Shown: one piece after another, positions 1 to 23,837 of the stretch | Layout of the letters: every line of letters starts with the position of its first letter | How positions within the stretch are numbered: the stretch's first letter is position 1 | DNA from: Flaccisagitta enflata | Lineage: Eukaryota | DNA length: 64,000 nt | Reading direction: 5' to 3' | Assembly: GCA_965153355.1 (NCBI GenBank) | Contig: OZ231126.1 | Location: 12,648,001-12,712,000, forward strand | Position numbers and translations under genes: made by a program | The notes under the pieces: generated by a model | The model's database searches: none | Told to the model about the DNA's origin: nothing | What the model saw: the letters and a program-made list of their open reading frames with translations, nothing else

Positions 1-149
1 ACGGCGATGACGACGACGACGGCGACGACAGAGCAAAAGATAAGACGCCGATGGAAAATAAGATCCTTTTGTACTCCGTTCTTTGAACTCGCTTTTGGGG
101 TTCATCACCACCGCCTAAACCACCCCTGAGAAATCATCCGGGGTAGGAC

Positions 150-935
<786 letters not shown>

Positions 936-1468
936 CGAATCACAAATTCTATGAAAAGTCTTAAGCTGCAGTTTTCATCTTCCTTTTCTATTTGGCCTCC
1001 ATTGAAATCTTGGATGTCAAACAGAATCTTTGGTGTATAACAACTGGTAAGAGACTCGAAGGGACGAGAAGAAGAAGATAGGAGGAGGGCACTCAAGGCC
1101 GAATCCCCCTTTGAAAATGAGGGCAGTAAAAACCCTAACCACTCAAGGCAGAATTGGACTTGAGTGGTTTCCAAACCTAACTGCCCCCTCTAACTAGAGT
1201 GGTTTTTAGATTAACTTCAAAAACAAAGTTTTCTTGGGCGTAATTTTGATCTAATTTGTATCACACTTGGTTTTTTTTATGTTATCTTTTCATGCAATCT
1301 AAATTTGTGAATTTTTGAAAATTTTAAGATGAAATTTTCTCAAAAATGATATTATTCATTTTTTTCAAATAATCATTATTTTTTGTTAAAGTGTGAAAAT
1401 ATTAAAACAGGAAATGGCGGATGTAGATTTTTTTTTCATTCGTAGATTATTATTTATGATAGATTGTT

Positions 1469-1945
1469 TTTGGGCAGCGGCCCCGAAGGGGTCGATGACC
1501 TATGCTTTCACACATATGGGGAGTTTTCTCCCTTCTCCTTCATGTCCGTACCCGCCCTCCCCCAGCCTCCAGGCCCATATCTCAGCCTGGAGGCCCATAT
1601 CCCAGCCTCCAGGCCCAAATCCCAGTCTTGAGGCCCAAATCCCACCCTCAAGGCCTACATCCCAACCCCAAGGCCCAGATTCTACTCTCTAGGGATTTGG
1701 GCCTCAAGACTGGGATTTGGGCCTGGAGGCTGGGATATGGGCCTCCAGGCTGAGATATGGGCCTGGAGGCTGGGGGAGGGGGGGTGCGGACATGAAGGAG
1801 GAGAAGGAGAAAACTCCCCATATGTGTGAAAGCATAGGTCATCGACCCCTTCGGGGCCGCTGCCCTGCTCCCCCCTCAACTTCAACCACAACCTACTTAA
1901 GCAGGGCACGGGTACCACTGACCATCTAACGCTTTTGCGACTATT
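1469..1945 (+). mobile_element. Helentron/DINE-1-like non-autonomous element, family A
   Basis: Starts in a T-run; subterminal IR gggcagcggccccgaagggg / ccccttcggggccgctgccc; internal ~21-bp repeats in inverted blocks; short 3' tail. Confidence 0.65.
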
Positions 1946-1953
1946 ATTCTTAT

Positions 1954-2470
1954 CAGCGGCGTAGGGGAGCTGGATTTCTTGGGACTTCAACCACTAAACT
2001 AGTGTCCGACAAATTTGGTGTCCCAACAGACAATAACATGTAGTTTTTGCTTGAAAATTGTGAAAAATAGTAATTACTACCATACTCTTGTTTTCTTTGA
2101 GAACTTGGATAAGTGGGATGGGGCCTAATCATGCCTGGTATAGGAGAAAATAGTTTTCTTTTCTCTCAGCCACAGCTTGTGCCTAAATACCTATATTCAC
2201 TTCTTTTTTTTTATTTACTTTGCTCCCCTGCATCCTTCTTTTTTTGCCTAAAACTAACATAAGCTTGAAAACCACAGAATTTTGGTTGCTTTATAAATTG
2301 CTTTTAATCTTTGACTTAAAGTAATGTATGGCAATTGTAGCATTGCAGCATTGATTAATATTTGTGACAAAGAAGAATTGTTCTCACAGTAATATAAGAC
2401 AATTGTAGCATTGACTAATATATTCTTACTTTTCCTCTTTGTCCGTCTGTCTGTCTGTCTGTTGCGCTCG

Positions 2471-2534
<64 letters not shown>

Positions 2535-2683
2535 TTCTTTTTTCTTTTTTTTTCTTTTCCTTTTTTTCTTTTTTTTTCTTCTTTTCTCTTTCTTTTCTTC
2601 TTCTTTGGTGTCCCGACAACTTTGGTGTCCCGACAGCAGGGACTGCAATTGAAGTCCCTGAAGTCCCTCCTCCTACGCCGCTG
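1954..2683. mobile_element. Non-autonomous hAT element (730 bp)
   Basis: TIR cagcggcgtagg / cctacgccgctg; 8-bp TSD attcttat at 1946-1953 and 2684-2691. Confidence 0.88.
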
Positions 2684-3004
2684 ATTCTTATATAGGATTT
2701 GAATATTTCTTTATTAGGAATGGGTAAAAAAAGTAAAGCTCAACACTGTGAAGATACATCCAGAATTAATGAAAGAAATGATAAATCATTCATTTTCACT
2801 GATAAAATAAACCAAATTTTTAGAATTCCCATGAGTGAGTGAAAACAAAAACCACTCTAGTTAGAATTGAAAATAAGGAATGTCAAATACTATTCCACTC
2901 AAGTCCGAATCTGACTATAGTGGTTTAAGTGTTCACTCTAGTCCGAAATTCGGCCTAAAATGGTTCCCCCGAAGATAGAGACAGAGAGCTAAGCAGCAGC
3001 ATTA

Positions 3005-3108
<104 letters not shown>

Positions 3109-3125
3109 TTTCCTCTCCATCTTAC

Positions 3126-3240
3126 TCGGCCTGGAATAAGATAACTGTCGCCGCTGGCGTCGGCGCCGTTGCTGCTGCTGCTGCTGTCCTTGCTGCTGCT
3201 GCTGTTGCTGTGATTGCTGCAGCCTCGGCCGGCGTCGGAG
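3126..3240 (-). CDS. Possible isolated exon (poly-Gln/Arg-rich or Ala-rich, depending on frame)
   Basis: tccttctcag| ... |gtaaga boundaries around a GC-rich 115-nt open segment; no partner exons or family recognised. Confidence 0.25.
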
Positions 3241-4457
3241 CTGAGAAGGATATATAAATCGCGTCTTGAAAGGGAGTGATGTCCATGAGGTCGATATTTA
3301 TTCGGCTTAGCTACATCCGCACATTGACGGCGACGACGATGAAGACGACAATGACGACGATGACCATGACCATGACCATGAGGACGAAAATACAATACAC
3401 AACTACCACCAGTAAAGCCTGTGACCTCCTGATGTTACCCCCCCCCTTATAAGCTATAAAAAGAGGAGACAGAAATCAAAAACAAAGAAAAATTCAGAGG
3501 CAGAGACAGAGACAGAGACAGAGACAGAGACAGAGACACTGAGACTGACACAGACACAACCCGGTCACGTAAAAAGATGATGCAGCAAAGAATGAGTTCT
3601 AAATGGAATTGATTGGCTGCTCGGCTACGCATCACCGCCGCTCGATTGCCTGTGTGAGATTCGAGAAATAAAAAGATTCGCGCATTTAAATTACCTTTTA
3701 ATGCTGAAAAACGCCCAACTTCTTTTTCTTTCATTATTTTGTTTTGTCATTGTTGTTACGGTTGTTGTTGTTGTTGTCGTTGTCACTGATGTTGCGGAAT
3801 TTTACCATTGTTAGTTTCTGCCGTGTCACTTTGTAATCACCTTTGTGTCGTCTTTGTCGTCGTTGTTGTTGCTGTTATTCTTCCTGTTGTTATAATCATC
3901 GTCGTCGTCGTCGTCGCCGCGTCGTCGTCGTCATCACCGTCGTCCTTATCGTCGTCATGCTCACCCCCCTGTTCTACGATGTTGTTGCCATGGGTTTTTC
4001 TCACCACAGAGGGGATTTTTTTTATTCTCGCAAAAAAGGATTTTGTGCTGAGAATTTAATTAGACGCCAATTGGAGAGAGAAACGGAAAGAGAGAGATCT
4101 CCATATCAATCCCAAATTATTTTTCTATTCAATCTTCCCTTTATTCTCTTTAATCTTTTCTTTTTTGTTCTATCTTTCTGTTCTTATGCTTTCTTTTTTC
4201 TTTTCTTTTTCCTTTTTTTTTTGTGGTTAATGCCATCCCCGTCGTCCGTTAATTCTTTCAATTCCGTTTTATTTTGTTTTCTTGATAAAACCCGAAAAAC
4301 CGGTGCGGGGATTGTTTTTCTTTCATTTTTTCGATGCGCCCTCGCATCTCTATAAGGCGCTAAGTCTGTCTGTTGGTCCGTCCCTCCGTTCGTCCGTTCC
4401 ATCTGTCCGAGGCAGTCATACGCGCAAAAAATCGAAAGATCGAAAGATCGACAGATT

Positions 4458-4516
<59 letters not shown>

Positions 4517-4517
4517 G

Positions 4518-4667
<150 letters not shown>

Positions 4668-4970
4668 TTTCTCTACCTTTCTTTCTTTCTTTCTGTCCTT
4701 TTGCCTTTCCGCCTTTCTCTCCCACCCTTTTCTCAGCTCATTTGAATATTTTCTTCTAATTTCGACTCCCTCGAACGTGGGTTTCTGTTGATGGGTGGCA
4801 AAAAGGAAAAAGAAAGATTGTTTATTGTTTTTGATTGTGTGCGAATTAAAAGAGAGAGAGGGAAAAATGAAGAAAGGAAGAAAGAAAGAGATGGAACGAG
4901 ATTGGTTGTTTATTGTTAAAATTGGTTCTTGGGATTCTTTAATGAATTCGGCATGGAAACGACGCGTGAT

Positions 4971-5511
4971 TAGGGGGTCATGGTCGGAAAAGGGGTCATT
5001 AAACCATCAATTGGACAAAGTTTGTTTGATAATCTAACTTTCCCGACTTCATCAGCACTCATTTTGAAGGGCTAATTGCTGAAATGTCCAAATCCCGTTC
5101 ATTTGTTCATAGACCAAGGTCATGATTGAAAAACGCGCCCTCTGAGAGAAAGGCGTCACATCCACTGGTTAAAGGTCACTTGTTTTGTAGCCTCTGTGGC
5201 TAGATATCAAGTGTTCTAGTTTTCTTTTTTCCCAATTTGACACTTCCCTTACAGGTTGAGGTTAAAAATCTCCCTTTGATGATAAATTTCTCCTCACAAC
5301 CCCTGCAAGCTTTGCCCAAACCTCCCCAAATTCCATGTTTTTAGTTGTAGCGTGGATCTGGCAGATATAGAGCTGGGATTTGGACATTTGTGCTTTATCA
5401 AGTTTTATAGCATGATAATTTCTTAGTAGGGATGTCAATCCCAATCAGGAACTGGTCATAAATGGACTTTGCAATCTTCTATGAAAATTATAGTCCCTTC
5501 AAGACCCCCTA
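4971..5511. mobile_element. TIR MITE, hAT-like termini (left arm only)
   Basis: TIR tagggggtc / gaccccctA; duplicated target gcgtgat (7 bp); empty site near 63090. Confidence 0.8.
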
Positions 5512-6029
5512 GCGTGATCCGCTATTTTGTGTGATCTTTCATTTTTTTTTGTGTGATCGTTCGTTTTTTTGTGTGATCTTTCATTTTCTTTGGGGATTTG
5601 ATCTTTTATTTCATGCGTGATCATTTGTTTTTGTATGTGATCAATCATTTGGTGTGGTTGATGCAGTTGCCAGGTAAAAATCAAAGCAAAATATACGCAA
5701 AATATGTATGGCATGGGAGGGATGAAAAGTGACTGGGTCGGAAAAAAGGAAGGGGGTGGTGAAGGGATTTGGGTATCGCAGAAATATAGATGTTTCGTGG
5801 ATAGAACGAAAATATGACGGAAATTTTTGAAGGAAAATGAAGCGTTTCACCATACTTTTTAATTATCCGATGCACGAACGGAGAGGTCATAGAACCTTTC
5901 AGTGTCGCAGTCCCAAAAGAAGCTTTTGCTATAAAATGACCCTGCCCAGTGCCTACTTAACCTTTTTTCCGCTTATAGTTGGACCGAGCTAATTGTGACT
6001 AAGTGGCAAATGAAGTGCAATGAAACGAG

Positions 6030-6225
6030 AATCGCGGGTCATTATGATGTGCACATTCAAGGGTCGCGGATCATTAATGACGAGCAAAACCAAGGATCGC
6101 TGCTCATCAATGACGCGCAATATAAATGTTCGCGGGTCATCAATGCCGTGCAAAACCAAGGATTGCGGGTCATCAATGACGTGCAAAATCAAGAGTAGCG
6201 GATCGTTGATGAATCGCGAGCGGGT
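6030..6225. repeat. Degenerate ~33-bp tandem repeat (mirror ~62400-62570)
   Basis: Unit gcgggtcatcaatgacgtgcaaaaccaaggatc. Confidence 0.7.
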
Positions 6226-7588
6226 CAAAAACGGTCAAACAACCAAATCCAGATTGAGAAAAATGAGTCGTCTTCCGTGACAGGAAAGGATCTGTAGACG
6301 CGGGCGCAGAAAAGAAAAGGGACGGATTGGTAACGCGATAAAAAGGGAAGTGAAAAGGAACCAGACCGGATACACGGCTATCCGGTCACGGACGGTTGGG
6401 CAGGAGCACTTATGCATAAACCACTCGTAATTCACAAATGTGACGGATCGACCGACCGACTGACAAAGCAAGGTGTAGAGTCGCGTGTCTGCGACTAGAA
6501 ATGAGTCGTCCTCCTTGATGGGAGGGGAATCAACGCGGACGAAGGAAGGAAGAGGGATGAACTGGTAAGGCAGGGAGAAGGAAAGATGGGAACCGATGCA
6601 AGAAGGGTAGAAGGAAGGATAGAAGGATGACATTGAAGGAAAGTGAAAAGAGAGGATGACAGGTTGGAGGAGGGCAGAAAGTAGGAGGAGGGAATGAAGA
6701 TTTGATAAATCCACACAAGAAAGTAGGTAAAAGCAAGGTAGATGGGAATGAATGAAGGGATGGAAGTAGAAAAGGGAGTATATGGGAAAACTGGAGGCAG
6801 AAGAAAGACATGGAGCCCAAAAAATAAAACTCGTCCTTGTATCACGCTATATGCAAAAAAAAAGATGAAAAAAAAAGATGCTTCAGTTTGTTAGAGTGGG
6901 AGTAACTAAAAAGGCTTTAAAGAGATAATCATCATTCTTTGTCGAAATAAGGCCTCAATCGAACACAGCGGGTATTTAGAAACATGAGTTACATGAGTCT
7001 CCTTCACCGAATCACCGTCTTCGCCGCACACGCGTCTTAAAAGGAAATGACGTCATGATTCACGTTTAGACAGGAAATGGAAATTAATCAAAGTCCATCA
7101 CGAGAGTTGGTCACGAGTTTGCGTCAATCTACGTTCATGGCCCGTCTCTCGTTCTACATTCGTTGACACTTGACTCAGTGATTCGTGATTCGTGATTCGT
7201 GATTCGTAAGCGAACTTACGTCACGAATTACGCCAGAGGGACACTTGAATGACCAGTCGGGGACTCGAACGACCTACGCTGATAGAGACCACTGTCGAGA
7301 ATGTATGAGTCTGTTTAACGGGCAAAGAGGAAAGAAACAAGAGATAGAAATGGAGTTGATGGAAATGGGGGAAAGAATGAGGGTGGGGGCGCTGGTAAAG
7401 GTGGGTAGGGAAAATAAAACTTAAAAATCATTATATCGGTTGATTTTGCGTCATCCAAAGCTTCGCGTTATCATCAGACCTTCCTTCAAAGGAACACACC
7501 ATTTATAGTGTCGCTTAGCAATCGACTAAAACGAAGGGCTTAGGGGATAATTAAAGAAACTCAAGAAGAAGAAAAAAAAGAAGAAGAA

Positions 7589-7619
<31 letters not shown>

Positions 7620-7789
7620 GAGAAGGAGAAGAAGAAGAAGAAGAAGAAGAAGAAGAAGAAGAAGAAGAAGAAGAAGAAGAAGAGCAGAAGAAGAAGAAGA
7701 TGAAGAAGAAGAAGAAGAAGAAGAAGAAGAAGAAGAAGAAGAAGAAGAAGAAGAAGAAGAAGAAGAAGAAGAAGAAGAAAGAGAAGAAG

Positions 7790-7820
<31 letters not shown>

Positions 7821-7992
7821 TGAGAGGAAGAAGAAAGGAAAGAAGAAGAAGCTGAAGAAAAAAGAAGAAGGAATAAATAAGACATGATTGGGTTGAGCGG
7901 GTGACCCTTCGGACGCAGTCTTGTCAAGAGGAAGACGAACAAGAAACGATGGCGTGTATATGAGGACTTGGAAACACATTACACCAACTCTC

Positions 7993-8048
<56 letters not shown>

Positions 8049-8385
8049 CATCTCTCCCTAGTAGTGATGCTACTTCGTCGGGATGATGGCACAGAGGAAG
8101 AGAGACAGAGATGATTCTTGAGGTCATTCCAAGGTCGTGCCGAAGGGGTTGGGGGTCAGGGTTCAGCCTCACTAGTCAGCGTATGAGAGAGAGGGAGAGG
8201 AAGAGTAAGAAGAGGAGGAAGAGGAGGAAGAGGAGGATGAGGAGGAAGAGGAGTCAGAAGTCAGAAGGAGTCAGCCCCCTTGGAATGCTAATGAGGTGCG
8301 TAATCGTCATCGTAAAACGTCTTATCAATAAGAAATGAACGAGGAAGACGACGGACAGCAACCAACCGCCGACGCAATGAGTAAG

Positions 8386-8485
<100 letters not shown>

Positions 8486-9344
8486 AGTGATCAACCGTAG
8501 TGAAGAAGATCCGTTGCGTCAGTGTTCGTCTTCGTCTTCTTCTTCTATCTTGAGCCATTATCATTGTGGCAGAAGGTATTCTTGTCATTGATCAATGTTC
8601 AAACTGTGGACGTGTTTAATGACCTCGTAATACTTTGTTCCTCTTCGTTTTGTCTACAAAGAATCTCTTACCCCCCCCCCATCCCCCTTCAAACCCCGTA
8701 TATATGGAAACCCTCGCCAATTTCGGCGATGGTGATTCTTCGTAAAATGAAGGCTTCACTGTATTTAACTATTTGAAGAGGATGAGGTAGATTCTCTTGT
8801 GTCATAAAATGAGTTCGTCTTAAAGATTTTCTGCCTATTTAACTTATATTAGGGGACGAGCTACAACTTAAAAATTATAAGGCTGGAATCGCATCTCCGT
8901 TTGAAAAAAAACTCGCCCCCTGAAGTGTCTAGGGTCACGACAGGCGTAAATCACCACTGATCTAGATGCTCTTGGTTTTGTTTGACGGAGATTCGATTTC
9001 TTACGCGGCTTTCTCTGAGTAAGCCAATTTTTTTCAACTTCTAAGGGGCCCCTAAGGGCCCCCAAAAAAACACCTAAAGAAATTTTTTTTTGAAAAAATA
9101 AGTGGGGTGCAATAGATTGGAAATGACCTAATTCGCCTAGATCCAAAATCTTGAAATTTGATTTTTTAAAAAAAACTTTGATATTTTTTGTGTCGCGACT
9201 TGGGTCTTAGAAAAAAAAATTAAATTCTTTTTTTTTGAAAATGGTCTTCAAAAGTAGGGTGCAAATGAGTGGAAATGACCTAATTCGCCTAGATCCAATA
9301 CCCTGAAAAATATTTTTTTTTTTCAAAAATCTTTGAAAATTATA

Positions 9345-15112
<5,768 letters not shown>

Positions 15113-16376
15113 TATAGAGTATTTCTACTTAGGGCCTCTAAAAATTTTTGAAAAAATATTTTTTTGAAAAATGGTCTTTAAAAGTGGGGTGCAATCGATA
15201 GGAAATGACTTAATTTGCCTAGATCCAATACCCTGAAAATACTTTTTTTTCAAAAATTGAAATTTGTATTGGGGCAAGTTTGGTGAGAGAATGGAGAAAA
15301 ACACTGCCGGTTTTTCGTTTTTCTCGTCATATATAAAAACGGCTGTAATTTATAGAATATTGATGCAATTGCCTTGAAATTTTAAATACAAGCTCACGTC
15401 ATGCTTCTCGACGTTTAAGCTAGAAATCATGATTGTGAACTGTTGTTCAGTTGCATGCACTTCTTTGCCTACTTAAATTGTTTGCGTGCAAGCGACTCAA
15501 CAATTCGTTCTATTGTCCAACATTTTTTTCGTCACTGCGACAAGTTCATTGCCCCTGCCCTATTGTCCAAACACCCTTGCATCATCGCCTCCGCCCACTC
15601 CCATACCATTATAAGTGGTTACTTTATGTAAGACGTTTTTAAACAAGGCCGGATACAAGGCCACGCCAGTCGTGTGCGGGTGGGTAGGGGCTGTATTTGA
15701 GGTTACTTAATCATTTGGGCAGGAGCCGTGAGGCCAGAGGCCGCAAAAAATTCAAACAAAAAAGTAAAGTGTAACGGACCGACCAAACGGGGTGTAGAGT
15801 TGCGTAGCACGGGACTAAGAAAATTGACGGAGTGAAATAGCTCGAATTCCTACCTGGCTAACATTCAAGTGCCGCTAATCACCGATGAAGAAGACGCGTT
15901 TTGGCAGTACCGCGTTTCACCGACAGCAGTAAGATAGCTGACAGCGGCGACCCCGAGAACAACTTGGTATTTGTGTTGGCACTTGTGGGTTGCACCCGGG
16001 CGTAACAAAGATCTCCCATGTGAAGAACGTTCGACGACTTTTTGGGGGTTAAAGTCACATCCATTTTGATAGAACTCTGATTTTCAGCTTTATAAAGAAT
16101 TTGCCGTTAAGAATTCCATTTTTAAAAATTTGCATCTTGATCAGTATTAGTGAAGAATTGAAGAATGACGATCAATGGCACGACTTTTGTTTGCAACAGT
16201 CGTTGACAGAATGATCTGTTTGTAGTAAAATCATTCATTTAAATGGTCTTACCGGATCGTTAGTTACGCATTACAAAAAAACTTCATTATGCAAATGAGG
16301 TTGAATGCGAATATGTTGTTTCATCTCCATGAAAAGAAGCGATGATTTTGGTTATTGATAAACAACAGCAACAACG

Positions 16377-16463
<87 letters not shown>

Positions 16464-16478
16464 CAAAAACAACAACAG

Positions 16479-16579
<101 letters not shown>

Positions 16580-16866
16580 GCAACCATTGACAGCAAAACA
16601 ATCGGACGATCTTATCGATCAATAATTAGGCGCGGCGTCTCTCTTTTCATTGACTGATAGGATTTACTAGAAATAGATGGAACAGCTAACTTTTCGGAGG
16701 CGTAACAATTTGTCCACGTCCTGCCGTCACACTATGGAGCAATGGTGCATCATTTTATAGACCAAAGTTGATGCAGTATTTTTACAGACCAGTATTCTTC
16801 TCTATTACAGACCAATTCATTTTCAACCGTCACCGACCGAAGGAGGGACGGATGGGTAACAAGTCA

Positions 16867-17242
16867 ACAAGGCCGGATACACGGCCAATACCAGTCGCGG
16901 ACGGGTGGGCAGGGGCGGAAATGCGCGTTTTCACACTTTCAAACTCGATCACCATGGGCCGACGGACCAACGGACCGACGGACCAACGGACGGACGGACG
17001 GACAAAGCCTCTTATAGAGTCGCTTGTCCGCGACTAAAAACGAAACAAGACCGGACACACGGCGAACCCAGTCGCGCGCAGGTAGACAGGGGCTGTATTT
17101 GAGGTCGATTGATAATTTGGGCAGGAGCAGTGAGGCTAAAGACTGCACAAACCCCAAAGAAGAAAAATGCAACATACGGACATACGAACCGACGGACCGA
17201 CCGACAAAGCGGGGTGTAGAGTCGCGTAGCACGCGACTAAAA
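16867..17242 (-). mobile_element. Two adjacent short DINE-1-like family B elements (mirror 54590-54967; others ~6360-6500, 15642-15820, 22057-22280, 24650-24825 and mirrors)
   Basis: On the element strand: ttttagtcgcg..cgcgactcta, (GTCC/GGTC)n, subterminal cgcgact, 3' hairpin ggccgtgtatccggcc-ttgtt; no TSD. Confidence 0.65.
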
Positions 17243-17267
17243 CCATGCTTGAAATTAGGCTCGGGAG

Positions 17268-17568
17268 CAGGGTCCGACAAAATTTTTGGCTGCCTACAAG
17301 CAAAATTTTTTAATGGCTTCCTGCCTACAATAAAACCGTAGGATTTTACAACAAATTATATATGCTTTAAATGAAGAAACATGAACTTGCCTGCAAAATC
17401 AACAAGTAAGAATACCCTGATGAGCCAAACTTTGATAAACCAATTAGAAAATCTTTTTTATCATTTTTTTCACATTAAATTTGTTTGAAATCTAACTTTC
17501 CTGCCTACAAAAAACAGCTAGCTGCCTACAAGCAATGCTTGCGTGCTTGGGCACTTTGTCGTACCCTG
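17268..17568. mobile_element. hAT MITE (301 bp, left arm only)
   Basis: TIR cagggtccgacaaa / tttgtcgtaccctg; 8-bp TSD ctcgggag; empty site near 54570. Confidence 0.9.
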
Positions 17569-17635
17569 CTCGGGAGGGGGGGGAGAGGGTAAGGACTGTC
17601 AGAGTTGCGGATGAGAAGGGGAAAGGAATAGTAGA

Positions 17636-17719
<84 letters not shown>

Positions 17720-17962
17720 GGCGAGGCTAGCGTGATGGGGTAATGTTGACGCAGTGAGGAACGTTAAGCACAGATAAATAGGCAAGAGTTTGCAAATGAA
17801 AAAGAAAGACGAGCTAAATGAGGAGGAGGAAGAGGAGGGAGAGGCAGAGGAGGAGGAAGAGCCAGAGATAGAGATAAGGATGAATGGGTCGTCCCTTCTG
17901 CAGTTTCTTCATCCCCATTTAAGCTTCCACCTCACGAATTAAGAAGATGATCATCATTCACC

Positions 17963-18600
17963 ATGAATCAACACTAAATAAGGATGAGATCGATTTGGAA
18001 TGACTATCTGTCTGTGTCTCTATGAATCAACACTAAATAAGGATGGAAACAACACTTAATTAGGATGAGATCGATTTGAAATGACTATCTGTCTGTTTTT
18101 CTATGAATCAACACAAAATAAAGATGAGATCGGTTTGGAATGACTGTCTGTTTCTCTATGAGTCAACACTAAATACGGATGAGATCGATTTGAAATGACT
18201 GTCTGTTTCTCTATGAGTCAACACTAAATAAGGATGAGATCGATTTGAAATGACTGTCTGTTTCTCTATGAATCAACACTAAATGAGGATGAGATCGATT
18301 TGGAATGACTATCTGTCTCTCTCCATGAATCAACACTAAATAAGGATGATATAGATTTAAAAGAACTGTCTGTCTGTCTGTCTCTCTATGAATCAACACT
18401 TGATAAGGATGAGATCGATTTAAAAGGACTCTCTATCTGTCTCTCTATGAATCAACACTAGATAGGAATGAGATCGATTTGGAATGACTGTCTGTGTCTC
18501 TATGAATCAACACTGAATAAGGATGAGATCGATTAGGAATGACTGTCTGTCTGTCTCTGAATAAATCAACACTAGATAACTAGGGAATGAATTTGAAATG
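17963..18600. repeat. ~60-bp minisatellite (mirror 52700-54215, with roughly twice the copies)
   Basis: Unit atgaatcaacactaaataaggatgagatcgatttggaatgactgtctgtttctct. Confidence 0.9.
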
Positions 18601-19490
18601 ACTGATAGAGAAAGACGTGCTAAAAAAACGCAAACAAAGACTACATTTTTTTTTATAAATACGGTGCATAATTAGAGTTTGATCCTTAACTATCAAAAAA
18701 TATCCAGTTTCAATCTCTCATTGCTTAGTATCACATAGAAATACTGTTGGAAAACTTAAACTTAAAAAAACCTAATAGCAGATTCAGATACGGTATAAAA
18801 AAGATAAGATTTAACAATTCTAAATTTCTTTATTTCTTCACAATGACAACGAATCGGTGATTAAAGCGGCCCAATGATTGGTTAGCACTAAGAAGTGGCA
18901 TGAAACCGCTAACGTCATTGAGTGCAGTGTTGACACGCTAGTTCAACCATATTTTCTTTTCTTTTTTTTATAAAAAGGGTTCCTTGTTAATTCGGCAAAG
19001 GCGGTCGCAAATTTCACGGAGAGGACCAACAAGAAGCTGGTGCTTTGAATTGAACCAAGCAAAAGGAATAGGATCATAATTACTTCATGAATTGAAAACA
19101 AAGGCGCTCTTTTGAATAGTAGATAAAGCCATTAAAACTCAATCAAACTCATCAAAGCATAAGACCGTCAGAAAGCCATTCAAAAAATTCCTTCATTTGA
19201 CGCCAATCTGATATTTCTGCTTTTATTGCCATTCTGGCAGGAATCACGCCTACCATATCATGCGCACCAGAGGGCAGATGGAGAATTTGTAGAAGCAGCA
19301 GTGAAAGAGTCGTCGGTGGCATTTCAAAGGTTAGTTAGTTTCTATGGGCATCTGTCACAGTCACAGTTTTATCAGTGTGGTTTGGGTTCCTCAGTGGGAT
19401 TGAGTTACTGATCAGCAATGGTGCATCGGTGTAGTCGGCGTGGTCGGCAACGATGATGATTCACGGCCGACGAGTAGTTGTGACCGAAAA

Positions 19491-21816
<2,326 letters not shown>

Positions 21817-23013
21817 CAAAGTTTCGCCGACAGGAAACCCCTAAGGTTGAGATTCTGATGAAGATGAAAAACGCGTCTGCTCCTGTGAAACGCGTTCACA
21901 GCGTGAACACATATTCAAGGAGTGAGCAAAGTAAGTGAGGAAGCCTGTGAGTGGAGCAAGTGTAGTGACGCGGAGCACTGCAAAGTGAGTGAGCGGAGTA
22001 AGTGGAGTGAACAGTGCAAGCAAACAAACGAACGTAGCGCAACCAAGTGGTCAGTTAACAAGGCCGGATACACGGCTACCCAAGTCGCGTGCGGGTGGGC
22101 AGGGGCCATAATTGAGGTCACTCCACCATTTGGGCAGGAGCAGTGAGGCCAAAAACCGCAAAAACCCAAAAAAAGTAAAGTGTGACGGACGGACAGACGG
22201 ACCGACGGACGGACCGACGGACGGACCGACGGATGGACCGACAAAGCGGGTTGTAGAGTCGCGTAGCACGCGACTAAAAACGCGATTGTCTCTGACTGAA
22301 ACGAGCCCTTAGTTAGAACTGTGTTCAACTATCTTATAACGATTTAATAGTGTCGTGGTTGTGATTAGCAACAAGGACGGTTTATTGCTTTCTTTGAAAG
22401 TCTCATTTATTGAGCCAGTTTAACATTCTTCGAACGCTAAAATTTTGAATGAAGCTGAACTCAAGAAGAATCATCACCGTTTTGTGAAAAATGGACCATG
22501 TCAAGAAAACAAGATCATTAAAGACACCTTTCCGTCACCAGCTTTCGTCTAAACCGACACTGAAGTGATCAGATTTCAGCTGCAATAATCAGAATATTCT
22601 AAATTTCTAAGTGTCCGTCAATTAATGCGGGGAGCTTTCATTGAGCCATGACAACAGTTTTGATTACCATAATTTTCCAAAATGGCGTACTTCTACGATA
22701 TTAATTGCAGCGTGGATTAACAAGACGGCAAACAGATCGATTATATTGCCAATCTTCCTTGGAGATGGAGATCCCTTCTGGTATGCGAACTAATTTATGT
22801 TTGACGGGACTAATCAATGTTGATGAATATTCACCTTGTGCTGATGATTCTTTTTTTGTATCATTAACTCATCTTTGCATCTATCTTAATTCAATAAGTT
22901 GAATGAGTGTGAGGTAATTCAAGCAATCGAATTTTATCAATAAGCTTGTTTCTTCTTCCTTTTCTCCCTTTTCTCCTCTACCTTCCCCTTTTTCTATTTC
23001 TTTTTCTTTTTCT

Positions 23014-23057
<44 letters not shown>

Positions 23058-23433
23058 TCCTTTTTCTTCTTCTTCTTCTTTTTCTTCTTCTTCTTCTTCT
23101 TCTTCTTCTTCTTCTTCTTCTTCTTCTTCTTCTTCTTCTTCTTCTTCTTCTTCTTCTTCTTCTTCTTCTTCTTCTCTTTATTTTCTTCTTTCTGCTCATC
23201 TTCCTTTCTCCTCCTCATCTCCTTCCCTCCCTTTTTTCGCGTCTCTAAATTTTATTCCTTCTCGAATGTCATTTATATTCAATTTTCCCCTCATTGAATA
23301 ACTAAAGGTTGAAATGGCATCACCATTGATGGAGCGCGATGAATGGCACCGACGGTGATGTCATTGGAGGGATGGCATCGGATGGATGGCATTAAATAGA
23401 ATGAGACTATGAATGAATAGAGACAGGGAGGCG

Positions 23434-23616
<183 letters not shown>

Positions 23617-23686
23617 TGGAATTGAGGTGGAATCACTGTGAGAGATTTACCCGACCGACGCCGCGGCGTATGTTAAAAAAACACAC

Positions 23687-23729
<43 letters not shown>

Positions 23730-23837
23730 GACTGTGTGTGTCTGTTTGTCTGTCTGTCTGTCTTTCTTTTTGTACATCTTGCTGTACACATGTCTTTTTT
23801 TTTCTATCAGCTTTTCAGTCTGCCTCTGTCTATTTCC

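Larger units (their letters stand above)
1096..2956. mobile_element. Old TIR element hosting nested insertions
   Basis: aggccgaat / attcggcct ends and an inverted pair tctaactagagtggttttt (~1189) / aaaaaccactctagttaga (~2847); no clear TSD; ends approximate. Confidence 0.4.

Noticed and set aside
17268-17568. Other hAT-like elements (17268, 1954, 4971, 11802) as intron-forming
   Set aside because: TIRs are symmetric at the relevant positions; no paired terminal GT and AG giving a frame-preserving remnant.
19241-19329. RVVGG in one frame, like a trypsin activation site
   Set aside because: No downstream serine-protease motifs found.
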